DNA of 32,000 nt from an uncultured archaeon (GTDB taxonomy: Archaea > Iainarchaeota > Iainarchaeia > Iainarchaeales > CSSED10-239): contig CAZCAP010000008.1 in the NCBI GenBank assembly GCA_964496765.1, positions 1,646 to 33,645 on the forward strand, in the 5' to 3' direction. The notes beneath the pieces are model-generated. The model was not told where the DNA came from, made no database searches, and saw nothing but the letters and a program-made list of their open reading frames with translations. Position numbers and translations under genes: made by a program. How positions within the stretch are numbered: the stretch's first letter is position 1; each line of letters begins with the position of its first letter. Of this stretch, positions 23,720 through 32,000 are shown one piece after another.

Positions 23720-24286
23720 TTAATCTACTTTCTCAATTATTTCCTTTGTTTCTAGGATTTTAAAAATATCCTCAGGGATTTCCACTAGCTGATTGATTTC
23801 AAAAGGCCCATATTCCTTCATATCCCCACCAATGAATGCAGGAATGTCCTGTAGAAATTTTACCTTAACCTGTGTTGTTGTGTCTGTGTTCTGTGGCTTT
23901 TTTGAAACTCCAAAAATTGTGTTTGTTTGCTCGTTTTGCTTATCAATGAGCTTTAGAATTCCTTTTGCGAAATCAATCTCAAAATCCACTAATCCCTCAT
24001 CAGCAAAATCATTTGTTCTGCTGTACATTAAACAACTATTCATTATTTTTTTAATTCTTATTTCTCTTATTTTCTCAGTTATTCTTTTTAGGTTTTCAAA
24101 TCTTTTCAAAGTATTTGTAGAAAAAGAATCTTCAATGGATGAAATATATTTATGTCTCTCGTCTGTTAGGAATTTTTTTAATCCCTTATAAAAAGAGGAA
24201 TCTAATTTTGATAACCTGGGGGACTTGGTTTCAAGCCTATATATTTTTTGTAATTCATCATAGTCAACCTTGTAATTATCACTCAA
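23720..24286 (-). CDS. GINS subunit, Gins51 (Sld5/Psf1-like)
   Basis: 188 aa. N-terminal A-domain pattern (YDELQKIYRLETKSPRLSKLDSSFYKGLKKFL) and C-terminal B-domain (VKVKFLQDIPAFIGGDMKEYGPFEINQLVEIPEDI). Adjacency to priS is classical for archaeal gins. The TTG start overlaps the priS stop by 8 nt, downstream of GGGGTGGGA. Confidence 0.7.
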   Translation of the reverse strand: MSDNYKVDYDELQKIYRLETKSPRLSKLDSSFYKGLKKFLTDERHKYISSIEDSFSTNTLKRFENLKRITEKIREIRIKKIMNSCLMYSRTNDFADEGLVDFEIDFAKGILKLIDKQNEQTNTIFGVSKKPQNTDTTTQVKVKFLQDIPAFIGGDMKEYGPFEINQLVEIPEDIFKILETKEIIEKVD

Positions 24287-25544
24287 ATGTTCCCACCCCT
24301 TTTAATATAAAATAAATACAAATATGTTCTTCAAGCTCTTTTATTTCACCAATCTCATATGGTCCATAGGTTTTATTTAATAATTTAAATTTTGGAATTG
24401 GTTTTAAGATTTTAATTGTTTTTTTAATATCGGACTTAAAGACAATGGGATCTTTAAATGGATCAAATCCTTTAAGTTCTTCTTCATCTTTAATTGATTT
24501 CGCTAAAAAACCAGTTCCTCCATGAATTGTATCAGGCACTCTTACAATCTTGTAGATGTCCTGAGCAACCGAAGGATCTATCTTAAGTTTTATGTTTTCT
24601 ATTGCTTGATATAGAAAATTACTCCAAAATTTATCCTGTGAGGTAAAATCACTCCACAGTATACTATTATGATACATCTTATTTAAAATGACTTCCTTAT
24701 TTTCATATATAAGCTTTGCTTTTTGAGAAGTTATGTTTAATTTACTTTTAAGTTCCTTTTCATTTGAATCCCTAATAATTGTTATTAGATAATTAAGTAT
24801 TTTCTTCCCCCAGCCCTTTGCTTTATCAGGAGAAGGGATGGACCACTGCTTTTTATCAATTGTAAACCCTAGCTTTTCAAGATTAATATCATTACCAAGT
24901 ATATAATGCATCATAATTGCTCTTGATGCTTTTGATAGAGGAATTATCTTTGGATCTGTTATTCTCACATGATAACCCTTGGATCCTGAAAAAGAGATGA
25001 TAAAGTAATTAGGATCTAAGGAAAAATCTTCAACCAGCATATCAATTAGCTTTAATGTTTCCTCTTTTGCTTTACCTAGGCATTTTTCACATGTCCATTC
25101 AATAACCTCCACAGGGGAACCACATTCTGTGCACTTATCAAGGTGACCATAGCCTGTTTTGTTACAGACTTCGTTCTTACACACCCATGTATCATGTTCG
25201 TTTTTACAGGGGAGATCGAAATCATCAGCATCAAATTCATAGACTATGTCTGCTCCTGTCCATTCCTTAGCTTCCATTGGTCTTTTTTCTGGATATTTAA
25301 AATAACCAACAGAATAGGAGATGTGAAAAGGAACATTCGCTTTAAGATAGAAATTAAAATCAGTAATCGAATTGAAAAAAAGATGACGAGCGCTTATCTT
25401 CTTTCCAAAATCTCCAATTCCAAACTCTCTTGCTTCTGGACTAACTACAGAGGACACCCTATTATTAAGATAATAGTTTTTGAACTTGTTTCTAACATAA
25501 TTAACTGCATAGGAGTTAAAATAAGTTGAATCAGAGCTGGACAT
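24279..25544 (-). CDS. priS: DNA primase small catalytic subunit PriS
   Basis: REFGIGDFGKKISARHLFF, PFHISYSVGYF, GADIVYEFDADDFD (catalytic acidic motif) and a Cys-rich zinc module (CKNEHDTWVCKNEVC...CTECG...CEKC). Confidence 0.9.
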   Translation of the reverse strand: MSSSDSTYFNSYAVNYVRNKFKNYYLNNRVSSVVSPEAREFGIGDFGKKISARHLFFNSITDFNFYLKANVPFHISYSVGYFKYPEKRPMEAKEWTGADIVYEFDADDFDLPCKNEHDTWVCKNEVCNKTGYGHLDKCTECGSPVEVIEWTCEKCLGKAKEETLKLIDMLVEDFSLDPNYFIISFSGSKGYHVRITDPKIIPLSKASRAIMMHYILGNDINLEKLGFTIDKKQWSIPSPDKAKGWGKKILNYLITIIRDSNEKELKSKLNITSQKAKLIYENKEVILNKMYHNSILWSDFTSQDKFWSNFLYQAIENIKLKIDPSVAQDIYKIVRVPDTIHGGTGFLAKSIKDEEELKGFDPFKDPIVFKSDIKKTIKILKPIPKFKLLNKTYGPYEIGEIKELEEHICIYFILKGVGTFE

Positions 25545-25582
25545 ACATAATATATAGAAAGAAAGAATTAAAAAGAAGAAGT

Positions 25583-27874
25583 TTATTGCTCTCTAATCTC
25601 TGAAATCCCATCATTTTCCTTATCTCTTTCTATTATGTATTTATGAGAATTTATGGTTTCAAGTAGCTTTGTGTCATGGGTTATGATTATTGTTTGAGAT
25701 ATATATTGTGGAATGTCCTCTTCAAGAACCAGGGATAGCATTTCAACTGCTTTTGTGTCTAGATTATGGGTTGGTTCATCAAGTATTAATAATCCAAGAT
25801 TCTTGGTTAGGATTAATGCGATTGCTATTCTTATGGATAGAGCTGCACAGGCTCTCTCTCCTCCGCTTAGGAATCCTTCAACCTTGATCCAGTCTTTTGT
25901 TTTTGTTTGGACCTCAAGAATATAATCATTATCTGATTTTAGTCTAGCAGATAAATAATCCTTGTATGGATAAACCTTTGGCCAGATAATTGAAAGAGCA
26001 TCATTTATGTTATCAATTAGAACTTTTCTTAATTGATGTTGACTTACTTCAATTGATTTAATAAAGTTTGAGATATCCTGCTTTTTAATTAAATAATTTT
26101 CTTTTTTAATTTCCTGTTCTTTTCTTTGGGCTTCAAGTTTTTGGAAATTTGTGATTTGTTTTTCTAGATTATCCAATAAAGAAGTACTTGAATTTATTCT
26201 CTCTGTTATTGATTTGATTGTGCTTTCTAGATTTATGAAACTAGAATTTATTTTTATATATTCATCTTCCTGATACCCAATTGATTTTTGCTTGATATCA
26301 AGAATAGAACTTTCCTTTAGAAGTTTGTCTTTTTCTTCTTTCTTTTCAATAATGGTTATAAAAAGAGAAATTTGGTTTAAGCTAGTTGTTATTTTTTGAA
26401 GAGATGAATCATCATCTTTAATTGCAGTTATTGATGTGGTTAATTTCAATATTTCTGATTGTATTTCCTCTTTTCTTTTATTATTCTGAGAAATGGTTGT
26501 TTCTAATTGTTTAATCTTGAGTTCATTTTCTTTTTGTTTGGTAATTAACTTATCCTGCTGGTCTTCTTCCTGCTTTAGCTTATCTATTTCTTTAGCTATT
26601 GATTCAAGATTTTGTTTTTGAGTAACCAACAGCCCTTCTTTATTAATCAATTTGTTTTGAATATCCTCTTCAGATAATTGAGAATCACATATGGGGCATT
26701 TTGAAAAACCTTTCTTAAGTTCCGCTATAGATTTATCTAGTTCGGAAATAGATGAAAGAATAACTATTTTATCTTGCTTTTGTTTAGAAAGATTATCCTC
26801 TAGATTTTTTTTATAAGTGAGAAGGTCGTGGAGAGGGGTTGGTGATTGCTTTTTAGTGTCCAAGAAATATAATTGTTTTTCTTTCAAATCCAAATCTAAA
26901 CGATTAAGTTCATGTTCATAGGAAGCTCGTTCACTTGTTAGTTTTATTTTTTTATTAATATCTTCTTTTACTCTTTCAAAATCTTTATTTAAATTCACTT
27001 TTTCTTTTTCAACACCCTCTAAAGTGTTTGTAGAATAATTCTCATCCAATTTATTTTTAGTTAGGTAATTATCAATATCTTCGAGTTTAGCTTTTTTAAA
27101 GATTAATTCTTTTACACAGGAATCATTATCTTGTTTTTTCTTTTTTTGAATTGCAAGTTCAGAAACTATATTACTCTCTTTATCTTTTTCAAGAATTAAT
27201 TCTTTTTTTAATTTATCCAATGTATCTATTACTTCCTTCTTTTGAGCGAACTTTGTTTCTAAATCAAATGAAAGTATTTGGGAATTAATTTGAGAAATTA
27301 ATTGGGTTATGGTATTTGTTTCATTATCAATTAACCTATCTAGAGCTCTCGCTCCATCTTTGATTGTATCAAGCTTTAGTATTCCAAATAAATCATCAAA
27401 CTTTTCTTTTCTCTTGCTTGGTTGAATTTTCAAAAAGTAATCTAGTTCATTTTGTTCAGAATAAACAATCTTAGTGAATAATTCATAATCAACCCCAAGC
27501 AACTCTTCAATCTTAGAGGTTACATCTGTTTGCTTAGGCCCTGCAATTAATTTATTTTCTAAATATAATTTAGCACTAGTTATTCCCTTATCTGTGATTT
27601 CTCTTTCTATCTTATATACTTTTGAATCCAGATTAATAACTAAATTTATTTTTGTGTTTTCTTTTTTAACTGGTTTGAACATTATTACATCTGTGGTTTT
27701 TAGTTTCTTGTTTGAAAGAGAAGGAAAGGTACCATAGAGAGCATAGCATATTCCATCTGTTATGCTGGACTTTCCAGAACCAACCTTACCAATAAGTAAA
27801 TTAGTACCATTTGAGAAATCAAGAGTTGAAGAAAGGTGTGTCTTAAAATTCTCAAGATAAATAGAAGTTATCAT
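25583..27874 (-). CDS. rad50: Rad50 ATPase (SMC-like, zinc hook)
   Basis: Walker A GKVGSGKSS; a long Lys/Glu-rich coiled coil with a central CPICDS zinc hook; signature LSGGERACAALSIRIA; Walker B LLILDEPTHNLD; D-loop and H-loop region IIITHD. Confidence 0.9.
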   Translation of the reverse strand: MITSIYLENFKTHLSSTLDFSNGTNLLIGKVGSGKSSITDGICYALYGTFPSLSNKKLKTTDVIMFKPVKKENTKINLVINLDSKVYKIEREITDKGITSAKLYLENKLIAGPKQTDVTSKIEELLGVDYELFTKIVYSEQNELDYFLKIQPSKRKEKFDDLFGILKLDTIKDGARALDRLIDNETNTITQLISQINSQILSFDLETKFAQKKEVIDTLDKLKKELILEKDKESNIVSELAIQKKKKQDNDSCVKELIFKKAKLEDIDNYLTKNKLDENYSTNTLEGVEKEKVNLNKDFERVKEDINKKIKLTSERASYEHELNRLDLDLKEKQLYFLDTKKQSPTPLHDLLTYKKNLEDNLSKQKQDKIVILSSISELDKSIAELKKGFSKCPICDSQLSEEDIQNKLINKEGLLVTQKQNLESIAKEIDKLKQEEDQQDKLITKQKENELKIKQLETTISQNNKRKEEIQSEILKLTTSITAIKDDDSSLQKITTSLNQISLFITIIEKKEEKDKLLKESSILDIKQKSIGYQEDEYIKINSSFINLESTIKSITERINSSTSLLDNLEKQITNFQKLEAQRKEQEIKKENYLIKKQDISNFIKSIEVSQHQLRKVLIDNINDALSIIWPKVYPYKDYLSARLKSDNDYILEVQTKTKDWIKVEGFLSGGERACAALSIRIAIALILTKNLGLLILDEPTHNLDTKAVEMLSLVLEEDIPQYISQTIIITHDTKLLETINSHKYIIERDKENDGISEIREQ

Positions 27875-27982
27875 AGATATATACTAGGTGGATAGTTATA
27901 AAAAATAATTCTTTATTTTAGGTTATATTTTAGTTATAGGGGAATATATTTAAATTAAATGCCTCAGTAAATTAAATATTTG

Positions 27983-28177
27983 ATGGATATGAAACTAAAG
28001 GAACTAATATCTGATTCAAAAGCACAAATATCTGCTGAAATGATCATTCTTCTTGCTGCAATCATTGCAATTGTACTTGTTGTTGTTACTCAATTACAAA
28101 AAACAACTGATAAGGCAAATAAAAAAGTAGAAACCCAAGCAGACAAAGTTTTTGATAAGGTTGATGAAATTAATTAA
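27983..28177 (+). CDS. Small archaeal type IV pilin-like protein (class III signal peptide, Q at +1)
   Basis: The pre-sequence MMDMKLKELISDSKA is followed by QISAEMIILLAAIIAIVLVVV, the KA/KG-Q-x-S-x-E pattern of DUF361-type archaeal pilins. The track start 27980 is TTG; ATGs are at 27983 and 27989. Confidence 0.75.
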   Translation: MDMKLKELISDSKAQISAEMIILLAAIIAIVLVVVTQLQKTTDKANKKVETQADKVFDKVDEIN

Positions 28178-28178
28178 A

Positions 28179-28592
28179 ATGCATAAAGTAAAGGGTCAGG
28201 TTTCACTCGAATACATTCTAATAGTTGGAGCAGTCGTTTCTCTTCTTTTAATAATTGTAACTAGCTCTAGTATGCTCTATAAAAAGAACATTTCTGCAAT
28301 CGATGACAGAGAGTTGATTAAAACTGGAGCTGAATTGCAAAATATCTTGGACACTCTAGAGCTAATGCCCACAGGAACAGAAAAGATTATTGTAATTCCT
28401 GAATGGACTTGGACAATAGAGTATAAGGATTATTTAAAGAAAACAATAATTTTATCAAATGGAAACAAAGAAAAACCTATTTCATCCATATCTGATATAT
28501 ATCTTGAGAAAAAAAGTATTTCAGAGAAATCAGAAATAATTATTAATAAGATTGATAATAAGATATATATCAATATTGAAAAGGTAAAATGA
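28179..28592 (+). CDS. Pilin-like protein with class III signal peptide
   Basis: The ATG at 28179 lies 1 nt after the previous stop and gives MHKVKGQVSLEYILIVGAVVSLLLII (KG-Q-V-S-L-E motif plus hydrophobic helix), then a ~110-aa domain. The track start 28152 would overlap the upstream gene. Confidence 0.7.
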   Translation: MHKVKGQVSLEYILIVGAVVSLLLIIVTSSSMLYKKNISAIDDRELIKTGAELQNILDTLELMPTGTEKIIVIPEWTWTIEYKDYLKKTIILSNGNKEKPISSISDIYLEKKSISEKSEIIINKIDNKIYINIEKVK

Positions 28593-28593
28593 A

Positions 28594-29109
28594 ATGGATA
28601 TTAATTTAACATTATCTCGTGTTTTCTTTCCTGGAATAATTCTGCATGAACTAAGCCATGCAATTGCCTGTGTGGCTCTGGGTGTGAAGATAAAGAAAAT
28701 CAAATGGATAAGCAAAGAAGGCGGATTTGTTATTCATGAACATAATAAATCATATAAAACAATAATTATCTCTCTTATTCCTTTCTTTTTAAATATTGTT
28801 TATGCAATTGCCTGCGCTCTATTATTCACCATGGGAGTTGGACCTGTTCTAAAAGTGTTATTGCTTTGGATCGGGGGGAGTGCATTATTTTTTTGTTTAC
28901 CAAGCAAGGATGATGCAAAGAATGTTTTTGATTCTGTTAGGGAGAGCTATACAAAAAAGCAATCCCTTCTAAGATGGTTATACAAGATAATTTTAATTCC
29001 AATAACTCTAATTGTATTAATCCTTTCATGGTTATTTAGATTGCTAGATGAATCTTTATTTTTTAGATTACTTTTAATAATTGTTTGGATATATATATTT
29101 TTAATTTAA
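28594..29109 (+). CDS. Polytopic membrane HExxH protein (putative M50B/DUF3267-like zinc metallopeptidase)
   Basis: ATG 1 nt after the previous stop. HELSH lies within the first TM segment (FFPGIILHELSHAIACVALG). There are at least four further hydrophobic helices and a downstream acidic motif PSKDDAKNVFD that could supply the third ligand. Confidence 0.55.
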   Translation: MDINLTLSRVFFPGIILHELSHAIACVALGVKIKKIKWISKEGGFVIHEHNKSYKTIIISLIPFFLNIVYAIACALLFTMGVGPVLKVLLLWIGGSALFFCLPSKDDAKNVFDSVRESYTKKQSLLRWLYKIILIPITLIVLILSWLFRLLDESLFFRLLLIIVWIYIFLI

Positions 29110-29300
29110 AGATGGTGATAGGAGAAGTTAGATAGGGAATATCTTGTTTGAATATCAAAATATAAATCATTAAATTCATTGATTTTCATCAAAAACAACA
29201 ATTTAAAAACCATTTTCTGCACTATATAATATACATTATAGGAAGTTTGTTAAGGTATATATATTTGATGTTACATATATATAATTAGGGGGTTAATATT

Positions 29301-30050
29301 ATGATTAGATTAAGTGTTAAGGATATTAAAGAATTTAATAAGAGCATAGATGCTATTGGTGTATTAATTAATGAAGGATTATTTGTTGTTGATAAAGAAA
29401 AAATATATTTAAGAGCAACAGATCCATCTCAAATTAGTTTAATTGATTTCGTAATGCCAAAAGATGCATTCGATGAATTTGTTGTTGATCTAGGTTCTGA
29501 ATTAAAAATTTCATTTGGAATAAATATTAATAATCTTTTACAAATATTATCTCATTCAAATGCTGATGATAAGCTTCTACTTGAGATCAAAGAAAATAAA
29601 TCAAATATATTAATTGAACTTGTTGGAAAATCAAGAAGAGCATTTACAATACCTTTAATTGATGTTTCTGATCAGGAACAACCTATACCCAAAATCCAAT
29701 CAGATGTTACTGTTCAAATAAATGGAGAACAACTTCTTTCTGGAATTAAGGATGCAACCTTATTTTCTTCACACATAACATTAAAGGCAGAAGATAATAA
29801 GTTCAGCATGGAAACACAAAGCAGTAAAGGTAAGTTCAAGCAGGACATAGATGCAGAATCAAAGAACGTAGTGATTTCTGGAAACAAGGCAAAAGCAATG
29901 TATCCACTTGATTATCTACAGAACATGATTAAGAATTCAAAGGGAATCATCACAATTAAGCTTAAAGATGACATGCCACTTGAATTAAGTTATACCATAG
30001 GTAAGGCAGCAATAAGATACTTCCTTGCTCCAAGAGTAGATTCAGAATAA
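29301..30050 (+). CDS. pcn: DNA polymerase sliding clamp PCNA
   Basis: 249 aa. ATG preceded by TAGGGGGT 7 nt upstream. Two-domain pattern (FNKSIDAIGVLINEG...YLRATDPSQISLIDF... and ...FSMETQSSKGKF...MPLELSY) typical of archaeal PCNA. Confidence 0.9.
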   Translation: MIRLSVKDIKEFNKSIDAIGVLINEGLFVVDKEKIYLRATDPSQISLIDFVMPKDAFDEFVVDLGSELKISFGININNLLQILSHSNADDKLLLEIKENKSNILIELVGKSRRAFTIPLIDVSDQEQPIPKIQSDVTVQINGEQLLSGIKDATLFSSHITLKAEDNKFSMETQSSKGKFKQDIDAESKNVVISGNKAKAMYPLDYLQNMIKNSKGIITIKLKDDMPLELSYTIGKAAIRYFLAPRVDSE

Positions 30051-30061
30051 TGAATCAACTC

Positions 30062-30077
30062 TTTTTTTCTATTTTTT
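30062..30077 (+). terminator. Oligo-T termination tract after pcn
   Basis: T7 (30062-30068) and T6 (30072-30077) lie within 30 nt after the PCNA stop. Archaeal RNA polymerase terminates at oligo-T runs. Confidence 0.45.
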
Positions 30078-30591
30078 ATTGAATTAGTTTTAGTTCTCTT
30101 AATCTCTTTCTGGTTTTTTCATTTTCTAATTCAAGAGTAAATGAAGGAACAGCAAACAACACATCAGATGCTTCTTTTCTATGAAGATGTTTAACTTTAC
30201 CATCTAGTGTTATAATTTCAAACTCAGGAATTAATGGGCTATACTCTTTATAGCTAATTATTTGTTTAATACCTTTTTCCTTAAGAAATTGATAGAATAA
30301 ATCAAGTTGACCTTTATGGTATCTAACATTATAGTGATCTGCAATCCCAGGGTGCATAGCCAGGATCCAACAAGACAAATCTAATTGACTTCTGGGGTTA
30401 TCTTTATAGACTTTAGTAACAATTTTATCAAAGCTTCTTTTAATATCACGAAGATCTTTCAAAGAACGTACATTCCTTGCTTTTAGTTTAAATGCGTAAA
30501 AAGAATTACCATACTTATATGTTTTTATACTATGTTTTGGTTTTAAAATAGGTTTTAAATTTTTAATAACTTTATTTATTTTTTTAAGCAT
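30076..30591 (-). CDS. Hypothetical protein coupled to orc1/cdc6
   Basis: ATG 3 nt after the orc1/cdc6 stop; 171 aa; basic N-terminus; His-rich centre (WILAMHPGIADHYNVRYHKG). No family recognised. Confidence 0.55.
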   Translation of the reverse strand: MLKKINKVIKNLKPILKPKHSIKTYKYGNSFYAFKLKARNVRSLKDLRDIKRSFDKIVTKVYKDNPRSQLDLSCWILAMHPGIADHYNVRYHKGQLDLFYQFLKEKGIKQIISYKEYSPLIPEFEIITLDGKVKHLHRKEASDVLFAVPSFTLELENEKTRKRLRELKLIQ

Positions 30592-30594
30592 AAT

Positions 30595-31689
30595 TTAATC
30601 TCTTTTCTTTAGTAACTCAGGATCAACCCTTAAACTAATTCTTCTCTTTTCTCCTTTACCAATCCTATAGGACTCTATCTTTATTAATTCCAGTTTTTCA
30701 AGATTTTCAATGTACCTTCTAATTGTTCTTTCTGATAACTTAAATTTAGAATAAAGAGTAGATACATCTATGCCATCCTCAATTGAAAGAAGAACATCAT
30801 ACTCCTCAGGAAGAAGATACCTTATCTTCTCTGAAAGCTTAACAGAATCAACAAGCCTTGCAGATGATAAAAGAATTTCTTTTGTGATTTCTGGTTGTCC
30901 TTGTTTTTCTGTATTCTTTCCTGCCTTGTAAAGTAGATCAATTGCAATCCTTGCATCTCCACCTCTCCCTGCAGAAAAGCCAGCCACGTAACCCACTAAA
31001 TCTTCTGAAATAGAACCAGGAACCAAACCAAATTCTATTCTTTCCTTTAGAATTAACTTAATATCCTGTGGTTTATATTTTGGGAATTCAAGATCTGATA
31101 AAAAAAGAGTGCTTTGGGTTCTCTTATCCAACTCCAGGACACAGGATTTATAATTTGTAACAAGTATGATTGTAAAATATTTTTTTCCAGAATTAAATCT
31201 TGATAAATCATATAAAAGCTTAGAAGTTTCCTCTGCGTTCATCTTATCTATCTCATCTAAAATAATAATTGGAGATGAATCAGACTTGGAAAAGAGTTCC
31301 TGTGCTCTGGATAAAATTTCATCAATTGCAAGTCCACGTCTAGGAAGAATTCCTCCAAGAAAAGAAACAATTTTTGAAAGAACAGCAACCCTTGTATTCT
31401 CTTTAATTACATTTATATAAACAAATTTTGCTTTTGCACTATACTCACATAGTTCTTTTAATACAAAATTAGTTGTTAATGTTTTTCCTGTACCTGGTGG
31501 GCCATAAATTAAAATATTATTTGCTTTTTTCTGTTGTAAAAGTGGTTTTAATAGATAGGTAAGTTCTTTTATTTGAGGTTCACGAGATGGAATGCTCATT
31601 GGGAAATAATCTGGATAAAATACAGACTCATCTTTAAAGATTGGTTTACCTTCAATATCATTTTTTTCAGAAAATATGTTTTTTTTCAT
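30595..31689 (-). CDS. cdc6: Orc1/Cdc6 replication initiator (AAA+ plus C-terminal winged helix)
   Basis: Walker A LIYGPPGTGKT, Walker B PIIILDEIDKM, sensor region ILVTN, and a C-terminal winged-helix-like segment (ERTIRRYIENLEKLELIKIE). The track start 31701 is GTG; the first ATG is at 31689 (MKKNIFSE). Confidence 0.9.
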   Translation of the reverse strand: MKKNIFSEKNDIEGKPIFKDESVFYPDYFPMSIPSREPQIKELTYLLKPLLQQKKANNILIYGPPGTGKTLTTNFVLKELCEYSAKAKFVYINVIKENTRVAVLSKIVSFLGGILPRRGLAIDEILSRAQELFSKSDSSPIIILDEIDKMNAEETSKLLYDLSRFNSGKKYFTIILVTNYKSCVLELDKRTQSTLFLSDLEFPKYKPQDIKLILKERIEFGLVPGSISEDLVGYVAGFSAGRGGDARIAIDLLYKAGKNTEKQGQPEITKEILLSSARLVDSVKLSEKIRYLLPEEYDVLLSIEDGIDVSTLYSKFKLSERTIRRYIENLEKLELIKIESYRIGKGEKRRISLRVDPELLKKRD

Positions 31690-31884
31690 AGAATTACACA
31701 CAAAAGTCTACTCTGTTAATTTAATCAGGATAGTAACTAGATATTAGAGTGAATGAAAATGTATTTATATCTTTGTTTATTTCGGCATAATCTAGTGAAA
31801 TTTTGATTGGACACGTACCCCCCTCCCATAGGCATATAGGAAAGTAAATCCATATAATTAGAAGAATTAATGGAGGAATCAAAT

Positions 31885-32000
31885 ATGATAATGAATAAAA
31901 TATATAGAAAGGAATTAGTAGATTTTACAACAAATACTCTTCTAAGAATGAAACACTCAATTCTTAAGAAAGCGGAAGACGAAAAACTATTATCAAAAAA
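31885..32000 (+). CDS. Partial CDS (5' end only), unknown product
   Basis: The ATG at 31885 is preceded by GGAGG (31872-31876) with an 8-nt spacer. The frame MIMNKIYRKELVDFTTNTLLRMKHSILKKAEDEKLLSK stays open to the window edge. Confidence 0.4.
   Translation, partial: MIMNKIYRKELVDFTTNTLLRMKHSILKKAEDEKLLSK

Noticed and set aside
25583-27874. Considered whether the 763-aa SMC-like ATPase is a defence-system ATPase (Lamassu, Wadjet or Gabija-like) rather than Rad50
   Set aside because: A central CPICDS zinc hook within a continuous coiled coil, a canonical LSGGE signature and Rad50-type N- and C-terminal ATPase halves fit Rad50. No associated nuclease or effector gene is present.
27889-27935. 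Repeated TAGTTATA octamer in the rad50/pilin divergent spacer as a regulator-binding repeat
   Set aside because: It is only two copies of an AT-rich 8-mer that overlap TATA-like promoter sequence. That is insufficient to distinguish from chance.
29286-29293. G-string TAGGGGGT upstream of pcn as a second ORB-like origin element
   Set aside because: It sits 7 nt before the PCNA ATG and is best explained as a Shine-Dalgarno sequence (close to GGAGGT).
1-32000. CRISPR arrays, transposases or IS elements, rRNA genes, stop-codon reassignment
   Set aside because: No regularly spaced direct repeats, no transposase- or integrase-like ORF and no rRNA-like GC-rich block were seen. TAA, TAG (hel308) and TGA (priS, pilin-like gene) all terminate well-defined genes, and aRF1 recognition motifs are canonical.

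Overview
Visibly AT-rich, tightly packed archaeal chromosome segment. Almost every long ORF is an archaeal information-processing or housekeeping gene: class I CCA-adding enzyme, Dph2, aCPSF1, proteasome beta, TruD, aRF1, aIF2-alpha, PriS, GINS, Rad50, HerA-like ATPase, Hel308, PCNA and Orc1/Cdc6. There are also three tRNA genes without encoded CCA. Short proteins, very small spacers and the gene set suggest a reduced-genome, DPANN-like archaeon; this is an inference, since no search was possible. All three stop codons are used and aRF1 keeps canonical NIKS and YxCxxxF motifs, so the standard code applies. No CRISPR array, transposase or rRNA was seen. Main second-look items follow. (1) A 506-codon LAGLIDADG intein carrying an XRE-type HTH sits directly after the catalytic GGQ of aRF1. 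(2) A tRNA-Ser has A34 (anticodon AGA), unusual for Archaea, and shows compensatory stem changes relative to a neighbouring tRNA-Ser(UGA). (3) Two class III signal-peptide (Q+1) pilin-like genes are tightly coupled to a polytopic HExxH membrane protein. (4) A HerA-like ATPase is paired with an unrecognisable 253-aa protein instead of NurA or Mre11, and rad50 is joined to priS-gins without mre11. (5) A 171-aa orphan is coupled to orc1/cdc6, next to a candidate origin spacer containing an isolated C-rich element. (6) A Bro-N/DinD-like gene of bacterial or viral flavour is present. All product calls rest on motif recognition by eye in the supplied translations; none was checked against a database.
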